Shown in pieces: positions 5,549 to 14,262 of a DNA stretch of 34,239 nucleotides (its first letter is position 1; each line of letters starts with the position of its first letter). Source of the stretch: Acidimicrobiales bacterium (lineage in GTDB: Bacteria > Actinomycetota > Acidimicrobiia > Acidimicrobiales > AC-14); NCBI GenBank assembly GCA_050744985.1, contig JBOGIC010000268.1, forward strand, positions 1 to 34,239, written 5' to 3'. The position numbers and the translations under genes are program-made. The notes below the pieces were generated by a model that was not told the DNA's origin, did no database searches, and worked only from the letters and a program-made list of their open reading frames with translations.

Positions 5549-8545
5549 CTATCCCGGTCCGGTGGGATCGCCTGTGGGCTGCGCCAACTCGTCGAGGACG
5601 ACCTGGCTCTGACCTCCAAGCGTCTTCGCCGCGAGCATCGCCCGGAGCGGGACCCTGACTCCGACCTCCCGGTTCAGACGACGGGCGAGCTGTGTTATCA
5701 GGAGCGAGTCTCCCCCCAACTCGAAGAAGTCGGAATCGGCCGTGAGGTCGCCGTGACCGAGCAGCTCCGCCCACAACCTGGTGAGCAGTACCTCCGCGTC
5801 CGGTTTGGACCACTCCTGGGCAAGGTTCTCGTTGCCGGCATTCTGGGTGGGCTCCCATGTCGGCTCGGGGGAGCGGGCGTCCGGGCCGGCCGTCGTATCA
5901 TGAGCCGGACCGGTCGCCCGCAGGCGCGGGAGTGCCTCGGCGGCGATCCAACTGGGCCCGCCGAACGGATAGGACGGCAGATGTATCGGCCTGCCGTCGG
6001 AACACAAGGCGGTCACCGCAACGGGTTGCCCGAGCGTCCACAGCCGACCCAGCGTCGACAGCGCCTCGGCGGTGTCGGGATCCCGGCCGCCTGCGAGCGG
6101 GAACGCGCTCAGATTCATGCCCTCGGCCAGTGCTGAGAGCGTCCGGCCCGGTCCAACCTCGACGGCGACGGCGCCCGGGAAGCGGGCGGCGACGGCGGTC
6201 AGCGCGTCGGCAAACCGCACTGGGCGGCGAGCCTGCTCGAGAAAGTAGTCGGGCCGGGTACGGGTGGTGCCTGGCCCGACGATTTGCCCCGTCGTGTTCA
6301 TGGCGAGAGGAACTGTCGCGTTGTGGAGCTCGACGCCGGCGAGCGAACTGGCCATCTCCGGCACGGCCGCTTCGATCAGGGGCGAGTGGAAGGCGCGGCT
6401 TGTCCTCAGGACCTTGGTGAAGAAGTGGTCACCGAACAAGGACTGGAAGTCTTCGATGTCGCTGGGGCTCCCGGCGACCACGCAGAGCTCAGGGCCGTTG
6501 ACCGCCGCCAGGGTGAGCGCGAGGCCGGATTCGGCCACCAGCTCGCACGTACGCTTTTCGTCGCGGGCGAGTGCGAGCATGGCACCAGGTGGGCACGAGT
6601 GCATGGCACGTCCACGGGCGGCCACGAACCTCGCTGCGTCAGAGAGGTCCAAGATTCCCGCGATGCAAGCCGCGGTGATCTCGCCAAGGCTGTGGCCGAC
6701 CACTGCGTCGGGTCTCAGGCCAAGGGCGGAGAGGACGACGGCCGTTGCGTACTCCACCGCGAACAACGCAGGCTGGGCCAGGTCGGTCCTGTCCAGCTCC
6801 GCAGCGGGGAACGCGACGTCGAGCACGGCGCCCCGTACGCGCGACGCCAGCGTCGGCCCGAAACTGTCGATGCAGGCCTCCAGGGCCACGGCGAACCCGG
6901 GGAGGGACGCGATGAAGGAACATGCCATCCCGGGGTGTTGCGCGCCTTGGCCCGGGAACAAGAACACCACGTGTGCCGGTCCGCCCTTCGGGCTGCAACC
7001 TCGGGCGACGCCGAGCCCGGTCGCAAGACGGTCGCTGATCTCTCGGGAGGTACGTCCGATCACGGCGAGGCGGTGCGGCAGCGCCGGCCGGCCGGCGGCG
7101 AGCGTAAAGGAAACATCCGCGAGGTCAGGGGCGGCGGCGTCGACGTGATCGCGGAGGCGAGCTTCCGAGCGAGCGAGGCTTTCCGGGTCGGCCGTGGAGA
7201 GCAGGACCAGTCTCCGTACGCGCTTCGGGCTCGCCGTGTTCGCGGGCCGCACCGGGGCCTGTTCGATGATCACGTGCGCGTTGGTCCCGCCGATCCCAAA
7301 GGCGCTGACCCCTGCACGGCGCGGCAGCGGTCCGATCCACGGCCCCGCTTCGGACGGGACGAACAACGGCGAGTCGTCCGTCTCCAACAGTGGATTCAGC
7401 CGGGTGAACCCCGCCAGCGGCGGGATCACGCCGTCCTTGAGCACGACCAGGGCCTTGATCAGGGACGCGACACCGGCTGCTGCGTCAAGGTGGCCCACAT
7501 TGGCCTTTAACGCCCCTACCGCGACCTGCCCCGGCCCAGCACGCGCCGCCTTGAAGGCGGCCGATGCGGCCGACCATTCGATGGGGTCGCCCACCGGTGT
7601 GGCGGTGCCATGGGCCTCGAGATAGCCAATCGAAGGACCGTCGACGTCCGCGGAGCGGAGGGCAGCCCGGATCACGGCCTCCTGACCGCCGACGGACGGG
7701 GCGAAGTAGCCCGCCTTGGCCGCTCCGTCGTTGTTGATCGCGGTGCCGAGGATGACGCCATACGGTTCGGAACCAATGTCCAGCGCGTCAGCTAGTCGGC
7801 GCAGGACGACGCACGCGACTCCTGACCCCGCGACGACCCCGTCAGCGCGTTCGTCGAACGGCCGGCACTCGCCTGAGGCGGAGTGAATGCTCCCGGGAAG
7901 ATGGAGGTGTCCCGCCTGAGGAAACGCGATTCCGGCGGCGACGACGACGGCGCGGTCGCAGTCCCCGCTCAGCAACGCCTGCACCGCCAAGTGGACACCC
8001 ACCAGAGATGAGGAACAAGCCGTCTGAACGGCAACCGCCGGCCCCGTCAGCCCGACCTTGTAGGCGATCAGACTGGCGATGAAGTCAGGTTCGGTACCGT
8101 GCAACGCCTGATCCAGCATGGGAGCGTCGAGGGTGCCGCTGGCCACCATGCTACGGAGGTAGCCGCTCCCGCTGCCGGAGGCGTAGACGCCGGTCGTCGT
8201 CGTCTGATCCCCGAGACCGCTCCCTTCATCTTCCAGTGCCGCCCAGGCCGTCTCGAGCATCAGGCGGTGCTGGGGGTCCATCATCTCGGCGTCTCGAGGA
8301 CTTACTCGGAAGAGCGTGTTGTCGAAGCGGAGCGCTCCCGACATGTGACCTCGGGCCGGCACGTAATGCGGATCGTCGACGATGGTTTCCGGTACTCCCG
8401 CCTCGAGGAGCTCATCACGCTTATATCGAATAATTCGCACCTCTCCGCCTTTGACGGCTGACCACAACTCGTCGACGTTCGACGAGCCGGGAAACCGTCC
8501 GGCCATGCCTGTGACGGCGATGTCGAGGGAACGATCGCGGGCCAT
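5549..8545 (-). CDS. Type I polyketide synthase, single module KS-AT-carrier (998 aa)
   Basis: Start chosen at ATG 8545 (MARDRSLDIAVTGMAGRFPG), preceded by GAAGGTGG. The upstream part of the ORF-track entry (to 9259) is Arg-rich and antisense to the NRPS gene. KS motifs are TACSSS (Cys codon 8015..8017), EAHGTAT and NVGH. AT motifs are FPGQGAQ, GHSLGE (Ser codon 6689..6691) and RAFHS. Carrier motif is DFFELGGDSL (Ser codon 5705..5707). No KR, DH, ER or TE domain is present. Confidence 0.9.
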   Translation of the reverse strand: MARDRSLDIAVTGMAGRFPGSSNVDELWSAVKGGEVRIIRYKRDELLEAGVPETIVDDPHYVPARGHMSGALRFDNTLFRVSPRDAEMMDPQHRLMLETAWAALEDEGSGLGDQTTTTGVYASGSGSGYLRSMVASGTLDAPMLDQALHGTEPDFIASLIAYKVGLTGPAVAVQTACSSSLVGVHLAVQALLSGDCDRAVVVAAGIAFPQAGHLHLPGSIHSASGECRPFDERADGVVAGSGVACVVLRRLADALDIGSEPYGVILGTAINNDGAAKAGYFAPSVGGQEAVIRAALRSADVDGPSIGYLEAHGTATPVGDPIEWSAASAAFKAARAGPGQVAVGALKANVGHLDAAAGVASLIKALVVLKDGVIPPLAGFTRLNPLLETDDSPLFVPSEAGPWIGPLPRRAGVSAFGIGGTNAHVIIEQAPVRPANTASPKRVRRLVLLSTADPESLARSEARLRDHVDAAAPDLADVSFTLAAGRPALPHRLAVIGRTSREISDRLATGLGVARGCSPKGGPAHVVFLFPGQGAQHPGMACSFIASLPGFAVALEACIDSFGPTLASRVRGAVLDVAFPAAELDRTDLAQPALFAVEYATAVVLSALGLRPDAVVGHSLGEITAACIAGILDLSDAARFVAARGRAMHSCPPGAMLALARDEKRTCELVAESGLALTLAAVNGPELCVVAGSPSDIEDFQSLFGDHFFTKVLRTSRAFHSPLIEAAVPEMASSLAGVELHNATVPLAMNTTGQIVGPGTTRTRPDYFLEQARRPVRFADALTAVAARFPGAVAVEVGPGRTLSALAEGMNLSAFPLAGGRDPDTAEALSTLGRLWTLGQPVAVTALCSDGRPIHLPSYPFGGPSWIAAEALPRLRATGPAHDTTAGPDARSPEPTWEPTQNAGNENLAQEWSKPDAEVLLTRLWAELLGHGDLTADSDFFELGGDSLLITQLARRLNREVGVRVPLRAMLAAKTLGGQSQVVLDELAQPTGDPTGPG

Positions 8546-8677
8546 CTCACCACCTTCGAGCGCTTGTGCCGTGCCCCGCCTCTGGGACGGTCTGCTGAGC
8601 GGCAGGTGTTCACCTATTCTGGTCGATCGGCGGCACCATCGTCCGCTCCGCGCCGGCGACGAGGGGGGACGTAGCGC
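8546..8677. promoter_or_regulatory. Divergent intergenic/promoter region between the PKS and NRPS genes
   Basis: Gene organisation requires promoters here. A TANNNT-type hexamer TATTCT lies at 8615..8620 (+). GAGGGGGG at 8661..8668 precedes the TTG at 8678. No experimentally defined site was recognised. Confidence 0.4.
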
Positions 8678-11600
8678 TTGCAGCCAGACCCCAGCTGGAC
8701 GAGTGGGCGGCGGTGCACCATGCCGAGCGAGGGCTTGCACGAGACCCTCGCCCGCACGGCCATGGCTCAGCACGACGCAGTGGCCCTGATGAGCCGAGGT
8801 CGGCCTACGACCTACGGAGAGCTCGACAGCACGGCGGACGCCTGGGCGTCCGAGCTGGTGCGGGCGGGCGTGACCCCTGCCGCCTGTGTCCCAATACTGC
8901 TCCCCCGCAGTGCCGAGCTGGTCATTGCGCTGGTTGCCGTCCTGAAAGCGGGCGCCGCGTACGCGCTGCTCGACCCGACGTGGCCCACACGCCGGCTGCT
9001 GGAGGTGATTGCGGATCTCGAGGCACCCCTGCTGCTCACGAGGCAAGGCAGCCTCAGTCTTCCCTGTCTGCCTGTCTGGTCGCCGCCGACACGAGCGATC
9101 GCAGCTCCGCCCGATTTCCGACCGGCGGCGGTCGGGGGCGTTGATCCGTGCTGCGTCTTCTTCACTTCGGGAACCACCGGCCGGGCCAAAGCGGTCGTCA
9201 CTCCGCATCGCGCCACGGCCCGATTGTTCCAGCTCGATACCTTCGCTCGATTCGCCCACGACACGGTGATGCCGTTGGCGGCACCGGTGCCCTGGGATGC
9301 GTTCTCGCTCGAGCTCTGGTCCGTTCTCCTGAACGGCGGAACGTCGCTCATCGTGGATGAGCCGTATTTGTCGGCTCAGGGCTTACGCAGCGCGGTCTCC
9401 GGTTACGCGACCGACACGGTCTGGCTCACGAGCAGTCTCTTCAACATGATTGTGGACGAAGATCTGGATGCCTTCCGCGGGCTTCGCCAGGTGATGACGG
9501 GTGGCGAGCGGCTGTCTGCGAGTCATGTCGGTCGCTTCCTTCGTCAGCACTCCGACATCGTGCTCATCAATGGCTACGGGCCGGTAGAAAGCACGATCTT
9601 CGCCGCCACGCACCGCGTAACTGAGGGCGACACCCGACGGCCCGAGGGGATCCCGCTCGGTCGGCCGGTTGCGGGCACCCAGGTCTATGTCTTGGACGGC
9701 TCCAGGATCTGTGCCGTGGATGAGACGGGAGAGATTTGCATTGCTGGTGACGGCCTCGGCCTGCGCTACCTGGGCGACACCGTCCTCACCGACGCCAAGT
9801 TCGTCTCCGTGCCGATCGACGGCGACGTAGTACGGATCTACCGGACGGGAGATCTCGGTGCATGGGGATCCGACGGCTTGCTCTTCTTCCGGGGTCGGGC
9901 GGACCGGCAACTGAAGATCCGGGGCCATCGGATCGAGGCGGCGGATGTCGAACGACAAATCGAGCGGGTCCTGCCCGTGCGGTCGTGTCGCGTGCTTGCC
10001 CGCCCGGACGACGCCGGCGTGCCTCGCGAACTCGCGGCTTTCTGTGTGCCCACAAACGCAGACGACAGCCTGGAGGACGCAGGGCGGACGCTGCGGCATG
10101 AGCTGGTCGACTCCCAGCGACCCAACGTGATCGTACGAGTCGACGCCTTCCCGTTGACGGAACGGGGCAAGCTCGATGAGCAGGCCCTCCTCGCGATGCT
10201 TCCGCCGATCGAGACGAGTTTGCCCCGCGGGACCGATGGTCTCGCCGAGATCGGGCGGCGTGCCGGGACCGGGGAGGGACCGCAAGAGACGACCGACGCG
10301 GTGGCGCAGGCGTTCTGCGACGTCCTCGGCCGGTCCGCCGTCCCGCTCGAGGCTGCCTTCTTCGACTTGGGGGGCAACTCGCTGGATGCGGGACGGGTTT
10401 GCACCCGTCTCTCCTCCGTCCTCGGCCGCCCGGTGCCACTGGCGCGTTTCTACCAGCACCCGACCGTGAAAGCCCTGACGTCTTGGCTGGAGGTCCCGTT
10501 CACGTCGTCTAGGCAGGGGGTGACGCGCGCCGCGGGCGCGGTCCCGCTGACAGCGATGCAGCTGGTGTTTCTCATGCGCCATCTCGTCGACCCGGCGGAT
10601 CGGACTGGACACTGCCTCCTCATATGGGCCGTCGAAGGAGAGCTCGACCGCGACGCCCTCCAGGCCGCGATCACCGCGGTCCACGAACGGCACGCGCCGC
10701 TACGCGCCGCCTACGAACCCGATCCGAGGCCGGTCGCACGCCTCGTCGACGTGGCAGCGCCTCGCCTAGCGGTGCTGCCCTCCGAATCGTCGGTCGGTGC
10801 CGCGGTCCGGGCGCTACGGAACGAGCTGGCACGCCACCTCGATCCGACGGCAGGTGAGGTGTGGCGCACAGCGTTGGTCCCAGCGGCGGGCGGAGGCGTC
10901 ACGGCGTTCGGATGCGTGGTCCACCACATCGCGTTCGATGGCTGGTCGGAGGCTGTGCTCGCCTCCGATCTGACGGGCGCGTACAACGCGGCCCGCGGCG
11001 GAGAGCAAGTCTCGCCGCCACCGCCATCACTGGCGCGTGCCTACGAGGCGTACTCCGACCGTACGAACAATGAAGAGCTCGCGTTTCACCGCGCGCGCCT
11101 TTGTGCCGAGCTCACGGGGCTTCCCTCCCTACGATGGCCCGCCGGACCGACGGGAGCACCGCGGGGGGTCGGCGTCGCGACGGTGAAGGTTTCCCCGAGC
11201 GTCCTCGAAGGAGTCGACGTTATGGCCGCGGCGGTCGGCGTCACCCGGTTCGTCGTGCTCATGTCCGAATGGGCGAGGACCCTGGCCGAGATCAGCGGTC
11301 AGCGCGACTTTGCGCTGGGAGTGCCCGTCCGCCAGCGCGACAGCACAGGGCTCGAAGGCGCCCTCGGATGCCACATGAACGTGCTATGCATCCGCCTGCG
11401 AGATGGCTCGCTGGACGGTGGGGTGGCCGCGGCGAGGAGCGTCGGGCGCCTCGTTGCTCGGGCGCTCGCCGCGCAGGACGTGCCCCTCGCGGATGTGCTG
11501 CAGTTCGTAAATCCGCCGCGCACCGACCGCCCCCCGCTCTACCAAACGCTCTTTGCGCTCCAGGACAACCCAATCCCCCATCTCGCCCTCGCTGGACTGC

Positions 11601-11779
11601 AGGCGACATTCCTGCGGCAGCCTTACCTCGAGTTGCCGGTCGAGCTTCATGCGGAGCTCTGGCCCGAGGACGATTGTGGGCTGCGTCTAGACATCTCGTT
11701 TCGCCGCGAGGTCGTGCGGACGACGACGGCCGAGACGCTCGCCGAGCGGTTCCTCGAGCACCTCCATGCAAGACCGTAG
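8678..11779 (+). CDS. Non-ribosomal peptide synthetase, A-T-C (adenylation, PCP, C-terminal condensation), about 1033 aa
   Basis: A-domain motifs are LKAGAAYALLDP, FFTSGTTGRAKAV, NGYGPVEST, YRTGDLG, GRADRQLKIRGHRIE and PLTERGKLD. PCP motif is FFDLGGNSL (Ser codon 10379..10381). C-domain motif is HHIAFDG (10922..10942). The start is either TTG 8678 (good SD) or ATG 8720. Confidence 0.9.
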   Translation: MQPDPSWTSGRRCTMPSEGLHETLARTAMAQHDAVALMSRGRPTTYGELDSTADAWASELVRAGVTPAACVPILLPRSAELVIALVAVLKAGAAYALLDPTWPTRRLLEVIADLEAPLLLTRQGSLSLPCLPVWSPPTRAIAAPPDFRPAAVGGVDPCCVFFTSGTTGRAKAVVTPHRATARLFQLDTFARFAHDTVMPLAAPVPWDAFSLELWSVLLNGGTSLIVDEPYLSAQGLRSAVSGYATDTVWLTSSLFNMIVDEDLDAFRGLRQVMTGGERLSASHVGRFLRQHSDIVLINGYGPVESTIFAATHRVTEGDTRRPEGIPLGRPVAGTQVYVLDGSRICAVDETGEICIAGDGLGLRYLGDTVLTDAKFVSVPIDGDVVRIYRTGDLGAWGSDGLLFFRGRADRQLKIRGHRIEAADVERQIERVLPVRSCRVLARPDDAGVPRELAAFCVPTNADDSLEDAGRTLRHELVDSQRPNVIVRVDAFPLTERGKLDEQALLAMLPPIETSLPRGTDGLAEIGRRAGTGEGPQETTDAVAQAFCDVLGRSAVPLEAAFFDLGGNSLDAGRVCTRLSSVLGRPVPLARFYQHPTVKALTSWLEVPFTSSRQGVTRAAGAVPLTAMQLVFLMRHLVDPADRTGHCLLIWAVEGELDRDALQAAITAVHERHAPLRAAYEPDPRPVARLVDVAAPRLAVLPSESSVGAAVRALRNELARHLDPTAGEVWRTALVPAAGGGVTAFGCVVHHIAFDGWSEAVLASDLTGAYNAARGGEQVSPPPPSLARAYEAYSDRTNNEELAFHRARLCAELTGLPSLRWPAGPTGAPRGVGVATVKVSPSVLEGVDVMAAAVGVTRFVVLMSEWARTLAEISGQRDFALGVPVRQRDSTGLEGALGCHMNVLCIRLRDGSLDGGVAAARSVGRLVARALAAQDVPLADVLQFVNPPRTDRPPLYQTLFALQDNPIPHLALAGLQATFLRQPYLELPVELHAELWPEDDCGLRLDISFRREVVRTTTAETLAERFLEHLHARP

Positions 11780-12967
11780 ATGCGCGTGACGACACCTGCC
11801 GGAACACCGACTCGTCTTGGCGATCCGGCGCTACACGCCACTGGCGACCGGTACGCGCTTTGGGGCTGGATGCGCGAGCACGCCCCGGTGTACTTCCATC
11901 CACCAGCCGCGTTGCCGGCCTTCTGGTCATTGACGCGGTACGAGGACATCCGGGACGTCTACCGTGACCCCCACCGGTTCAGCTCCGCGCGGGGTGTCCT
12001 GCTGCGGCCGCTCATGAGCGGAGACGACCCTGGCGGCGGCCTGACACTCGCGCTCACCAATCCCCCGCGCCATAGATTGCTTCGCTCCCTGATCGCCGGG
12101 TGGTTCACCGAGCGTTCCGCTCGCTCCTTGGAGCACGCCATACGAGACGCTGCCCGCGCCGCCCTCGAACGCGCCATGGACCTGGAGGAGTGCGACTTCG
12201 CCCATGATGTCGCCGCCCGCTTGTCGCTGTTCGTAATCTGCCGCCTGATGGGAGTCCCGGAAGACGATCACGAGGCCGTCTTCGAGTGGACCACAGAAGC
12301 CTTTGAGGCCGGTCGGCCGCTTGCCACCCATCAAGAGTTCATGCGGTACTTCATCGACCTGATGGACCAGCGGCTGGCGAAGCCGACGGAGGATCTCGTC
12401 AGCGCGCTGGTGCATGCGACGGTGAACGGTGAGGCGCTCACGGACGAGGAGATCCTCCTCAACTGCGAGAACCTCGTAGGTGCCACGGAGAATGCCGGTC
12501 TCTCGATGGCGAGCGGCATGCTCGCCTTTCTCGAGCACCCGGCTGAGTGGAGGCGGCTTCGCATGAACCGGGCACTTCTCTCGACGGCGGTGGACGAGGT
12601 CCTTCGCTGGACGTCAAGTGCGACTCACAGCATGCGGACGGCCACGGCGCCATGTGTTCTGCATGGGCAGAAGATCGAACCAGGCGACCGAGTCGTCCTT
12701 TGGATCCCCTCGGGCAACCGCGACCCCGACGCTTTTCCTTGGGCGGAGCGGTTCGATATCACGCGCCGACCGAACCGTCACCTCGCCCTCGGCGTCGGGG
12801 AGCACGTATGCATCGGCAGCACCATGGCGCGGACGCAGATGAGAGTCCTATTCTCCGAGCTGCTCGACAACGTGGGCCGGATCGAGCAGTGCGGACCAGT
12901 CGTGCCGTTGAAGTCGATCGTCGTCAATGGCCCAGCGCGTCTTCCCGTTCGCATCTTTGGGAGTTGA
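11780..12967 (+). CDS. Cytochrome P450 monooxygenase, 395 aa
   Basis: Heme loop is HLALGVGEHVCIGSTMAR. EXXR is VDEVLRW and the I-helix region is NLVGATENAG. The ATG directly abuts the NRPS stop (TAGATG at 11777..11782). Confidence 0.9.
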   Translation: MRVTTPAGTPTRLGDPALHATGDRYALWGWMREHAPVYFHPPAALPAFWSLTRYEDIRDVYRDPHRFSSARGVLLRPLMSGDDPGGGLTLALTNPPRHRLLRSLIAGWFTERSARSLEHAIRDAARAALERAMDLEECDFAHDVAARLSLFVICRLMGVPEDDHEAVFEWTTEAFEAGRPLATHQEFMRYFIDLMDQRLAKPTEDLVSALVHATVNGEALTDEEILLNCENLVGATENAGLSMASGMLAFLEHPAEWRRLRMNRALLSTAVDEVLRWTSSATHSMRTATAPCVLHGQKIEPGDRVVLWIPSGNRDPDAFPWAERFDITRRPNRHLALGVGEHVCIGSTMARTQMRVLFSELLDNVGRIEQCGPVVPLKSIVVNGPARLPVRIFGS

Positions 12968-13020
12968 CGCCGCGTTTACGCCGATCCCGCCAAATCTTCT
13001 GTCTGTGATCGCCACGGTCA

Positions 13021-14040
13021 TCACGACAACAGCATCTCGAACACCTCGACGTGATCGCGCACCATACGTCCCGTCGAGAAGTAGCCCTCGACGGCAGCGC
13101 GGCACGTAGTCCGGTCGATGGAACGGATCCGGCCGAGGGCCGCGGCCATCTCGGCTTCGTCGTCGCATAGAAACCCGGTGTTCCCGTCGTCGATCACCTC
13201 GGGCGCGGCACCTTCGCGGAAGGCAATCACCGGCGTCCCGCACGCAAGTGCCTCGATCATCACGAGCCCGAACGGCTCGTTCCAACGAATGGGGAAAAGG
13301 AGAGCCGTAGCGCCCGCAAGTAGAGCCCGCTTCTGGTCATGGGCAACCTCCCCGATGTACCTCGCCTCATCGCCCAGCATCGGCGCGACCATCGATTCGA
13401 AGTACTCGACCTCGCTGGGGAGCTGCTGCCGACCGGCCACGATGATCGGGATCCGGGCCAGGCGCGCGGCAACAACGGCCCGATGGGCACCCTTGAAGTC
13501 GGTCATGCGACCGAGAAACACACAGTATCCCCCGTCACCGGCCCCAAGGAGGTACTCGTCGGGATCAACGCCGTGATGAACGACGCGGGCAAACGGAACC
13601 GTGGGCGCAGAACGTTGTTGAGCATGCGACACCGCGATGATTGGGACACTCTCTGCGACACGGCAGTAGAGGTCGCAGAGCTCCTGACTGAAGGTCCAGT
13701 GGACCGTCGTAGCAACCTTCAGATCGCCGAACCGCTGGGCGTAGAAAGGCCCCATCGTCGTGTGGTCGTGCACGACATCGGCGTTCCGCACAGCGGGATC
13801 GTCGTAGGCGGCGAGGACATGGCGAAGCTCGGTCAGGATTCGGCCCATTCGCATCGTGTCGGCAACTGGCAGCAGGAAATGCCGCTCGACCGGGCACGTC
13901 GAGTCCCCGGTCGTGAACAGCACCACGTCGTGGCCCGCCTTCTGAAAGCCGCGCGCCAACTGGTCGACGACGCGCTCCGTGCCGCCGTAGAGCTCGGGCG
14001 GCACCGTGGTCCAAGGCGTCGCTATCACGGCAATTCGCAT
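13021..14040 (-). CDS. GT4-family (GT-B fold) glycosyltransferase, 339 aa
   Basis: Start chosen at ATG 14040 (MRIAVIATPWTTVPPELYGGTERVV). The C-terminal motif is EPFGLVMIEALACGTPVIA (E-x7-E type). It is a paralogue of the divergent gene at 14263. Confidence 0.85.
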   Translation of the reverse strand: MRIAVIATPWTTVPPELYGGTERVVDQLARGFQKAGHDVVLFTTGDSTCPVERHFLLPVADTMRMGRILTELRHVLAAYDDPAVRNADVVHDHTTMGPFYAQRFGDLKVATTVHWTFSQELCDLYCRVAESVPIIAVSHAQQRSAPTVPFARVVHHGVDPDEYLLGAGDGGYCVFLGRMTDFKGAHRAVVAARLARIPIIVAGRQQLPSEVEYFESMVAPMLGDEARYIGEVAHDQKRALLAGATALLFPIRWNEPFGLVMIEALACGTPVIAFREGAAPEVIDDGNTGFLCDDEAEMAAALGRIRSIDRTTCRAAVEGYFSTGRMVRDHVEVFEMLLS

Positions 14041-14262
14041 GGTGTGCAGTTCAGTCGGGCCGCACCGATCCCCGCCAATCAGCGCGGCCGGCACGGTCGG
14101 CAATCCTTGAGGCCCGCGTGGACATCCCGACGTTCTTCCGCCGGTACGGGAGACGAGCCACCCAGGCGACACGGCCCGCGGTGGTTGTCGTGAGCGCCGA
14201 GATCGGCGGTCGTCGGCTTCCGCGCTCGCCTCGCCGACGGGCGGTGTGTACGCTGTCCTCCC
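14041..14262. promoter_or_regulatory. Divergent promoter region between the two GT4 paralogues
   Basis: 222-nt gap. TACGCT (TANNNT) at 14249..14254 lies 8 nt before the GTG start at 14263, and no SD is present. This is compatible with a leaderless transcript. Confidence 0.35.

Noticed and set aside
5009-6136. 375-aa plus-strand ORF, with similar long antisense ORFs at 6264..7148, 6284..7510, 9383..10693, 20232..20975, 21332..22168, 23693..24643, 25869..26645 and 32423..33592
   Set aside because: These are shadow ORFs typical of high-GC DNA. They are Arg/Pro/Gly/Ala-rich and motif-free. Each lies fully antisense to, or out of frame with, a gene that has clear family signatures.
8601-8614. GGTGTTCACC as an operator palindrome in the PKS/NRPS divergent region
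   Set aside because: It is only a 4+4 inverted repeat with a mismatched centre, which is easily expected by chance.
8546-9259. N-terminal 238 codons of the 1236-aa ORF-track entry for the PKS gene
   Set aside because: The region is Arg/Gly/Pro-rich with no KS or docking features. It is antisense to the well-supported NRPS A domain. A proper ATG with GAAGGTGG exists at 8545, right where KS homology begins.
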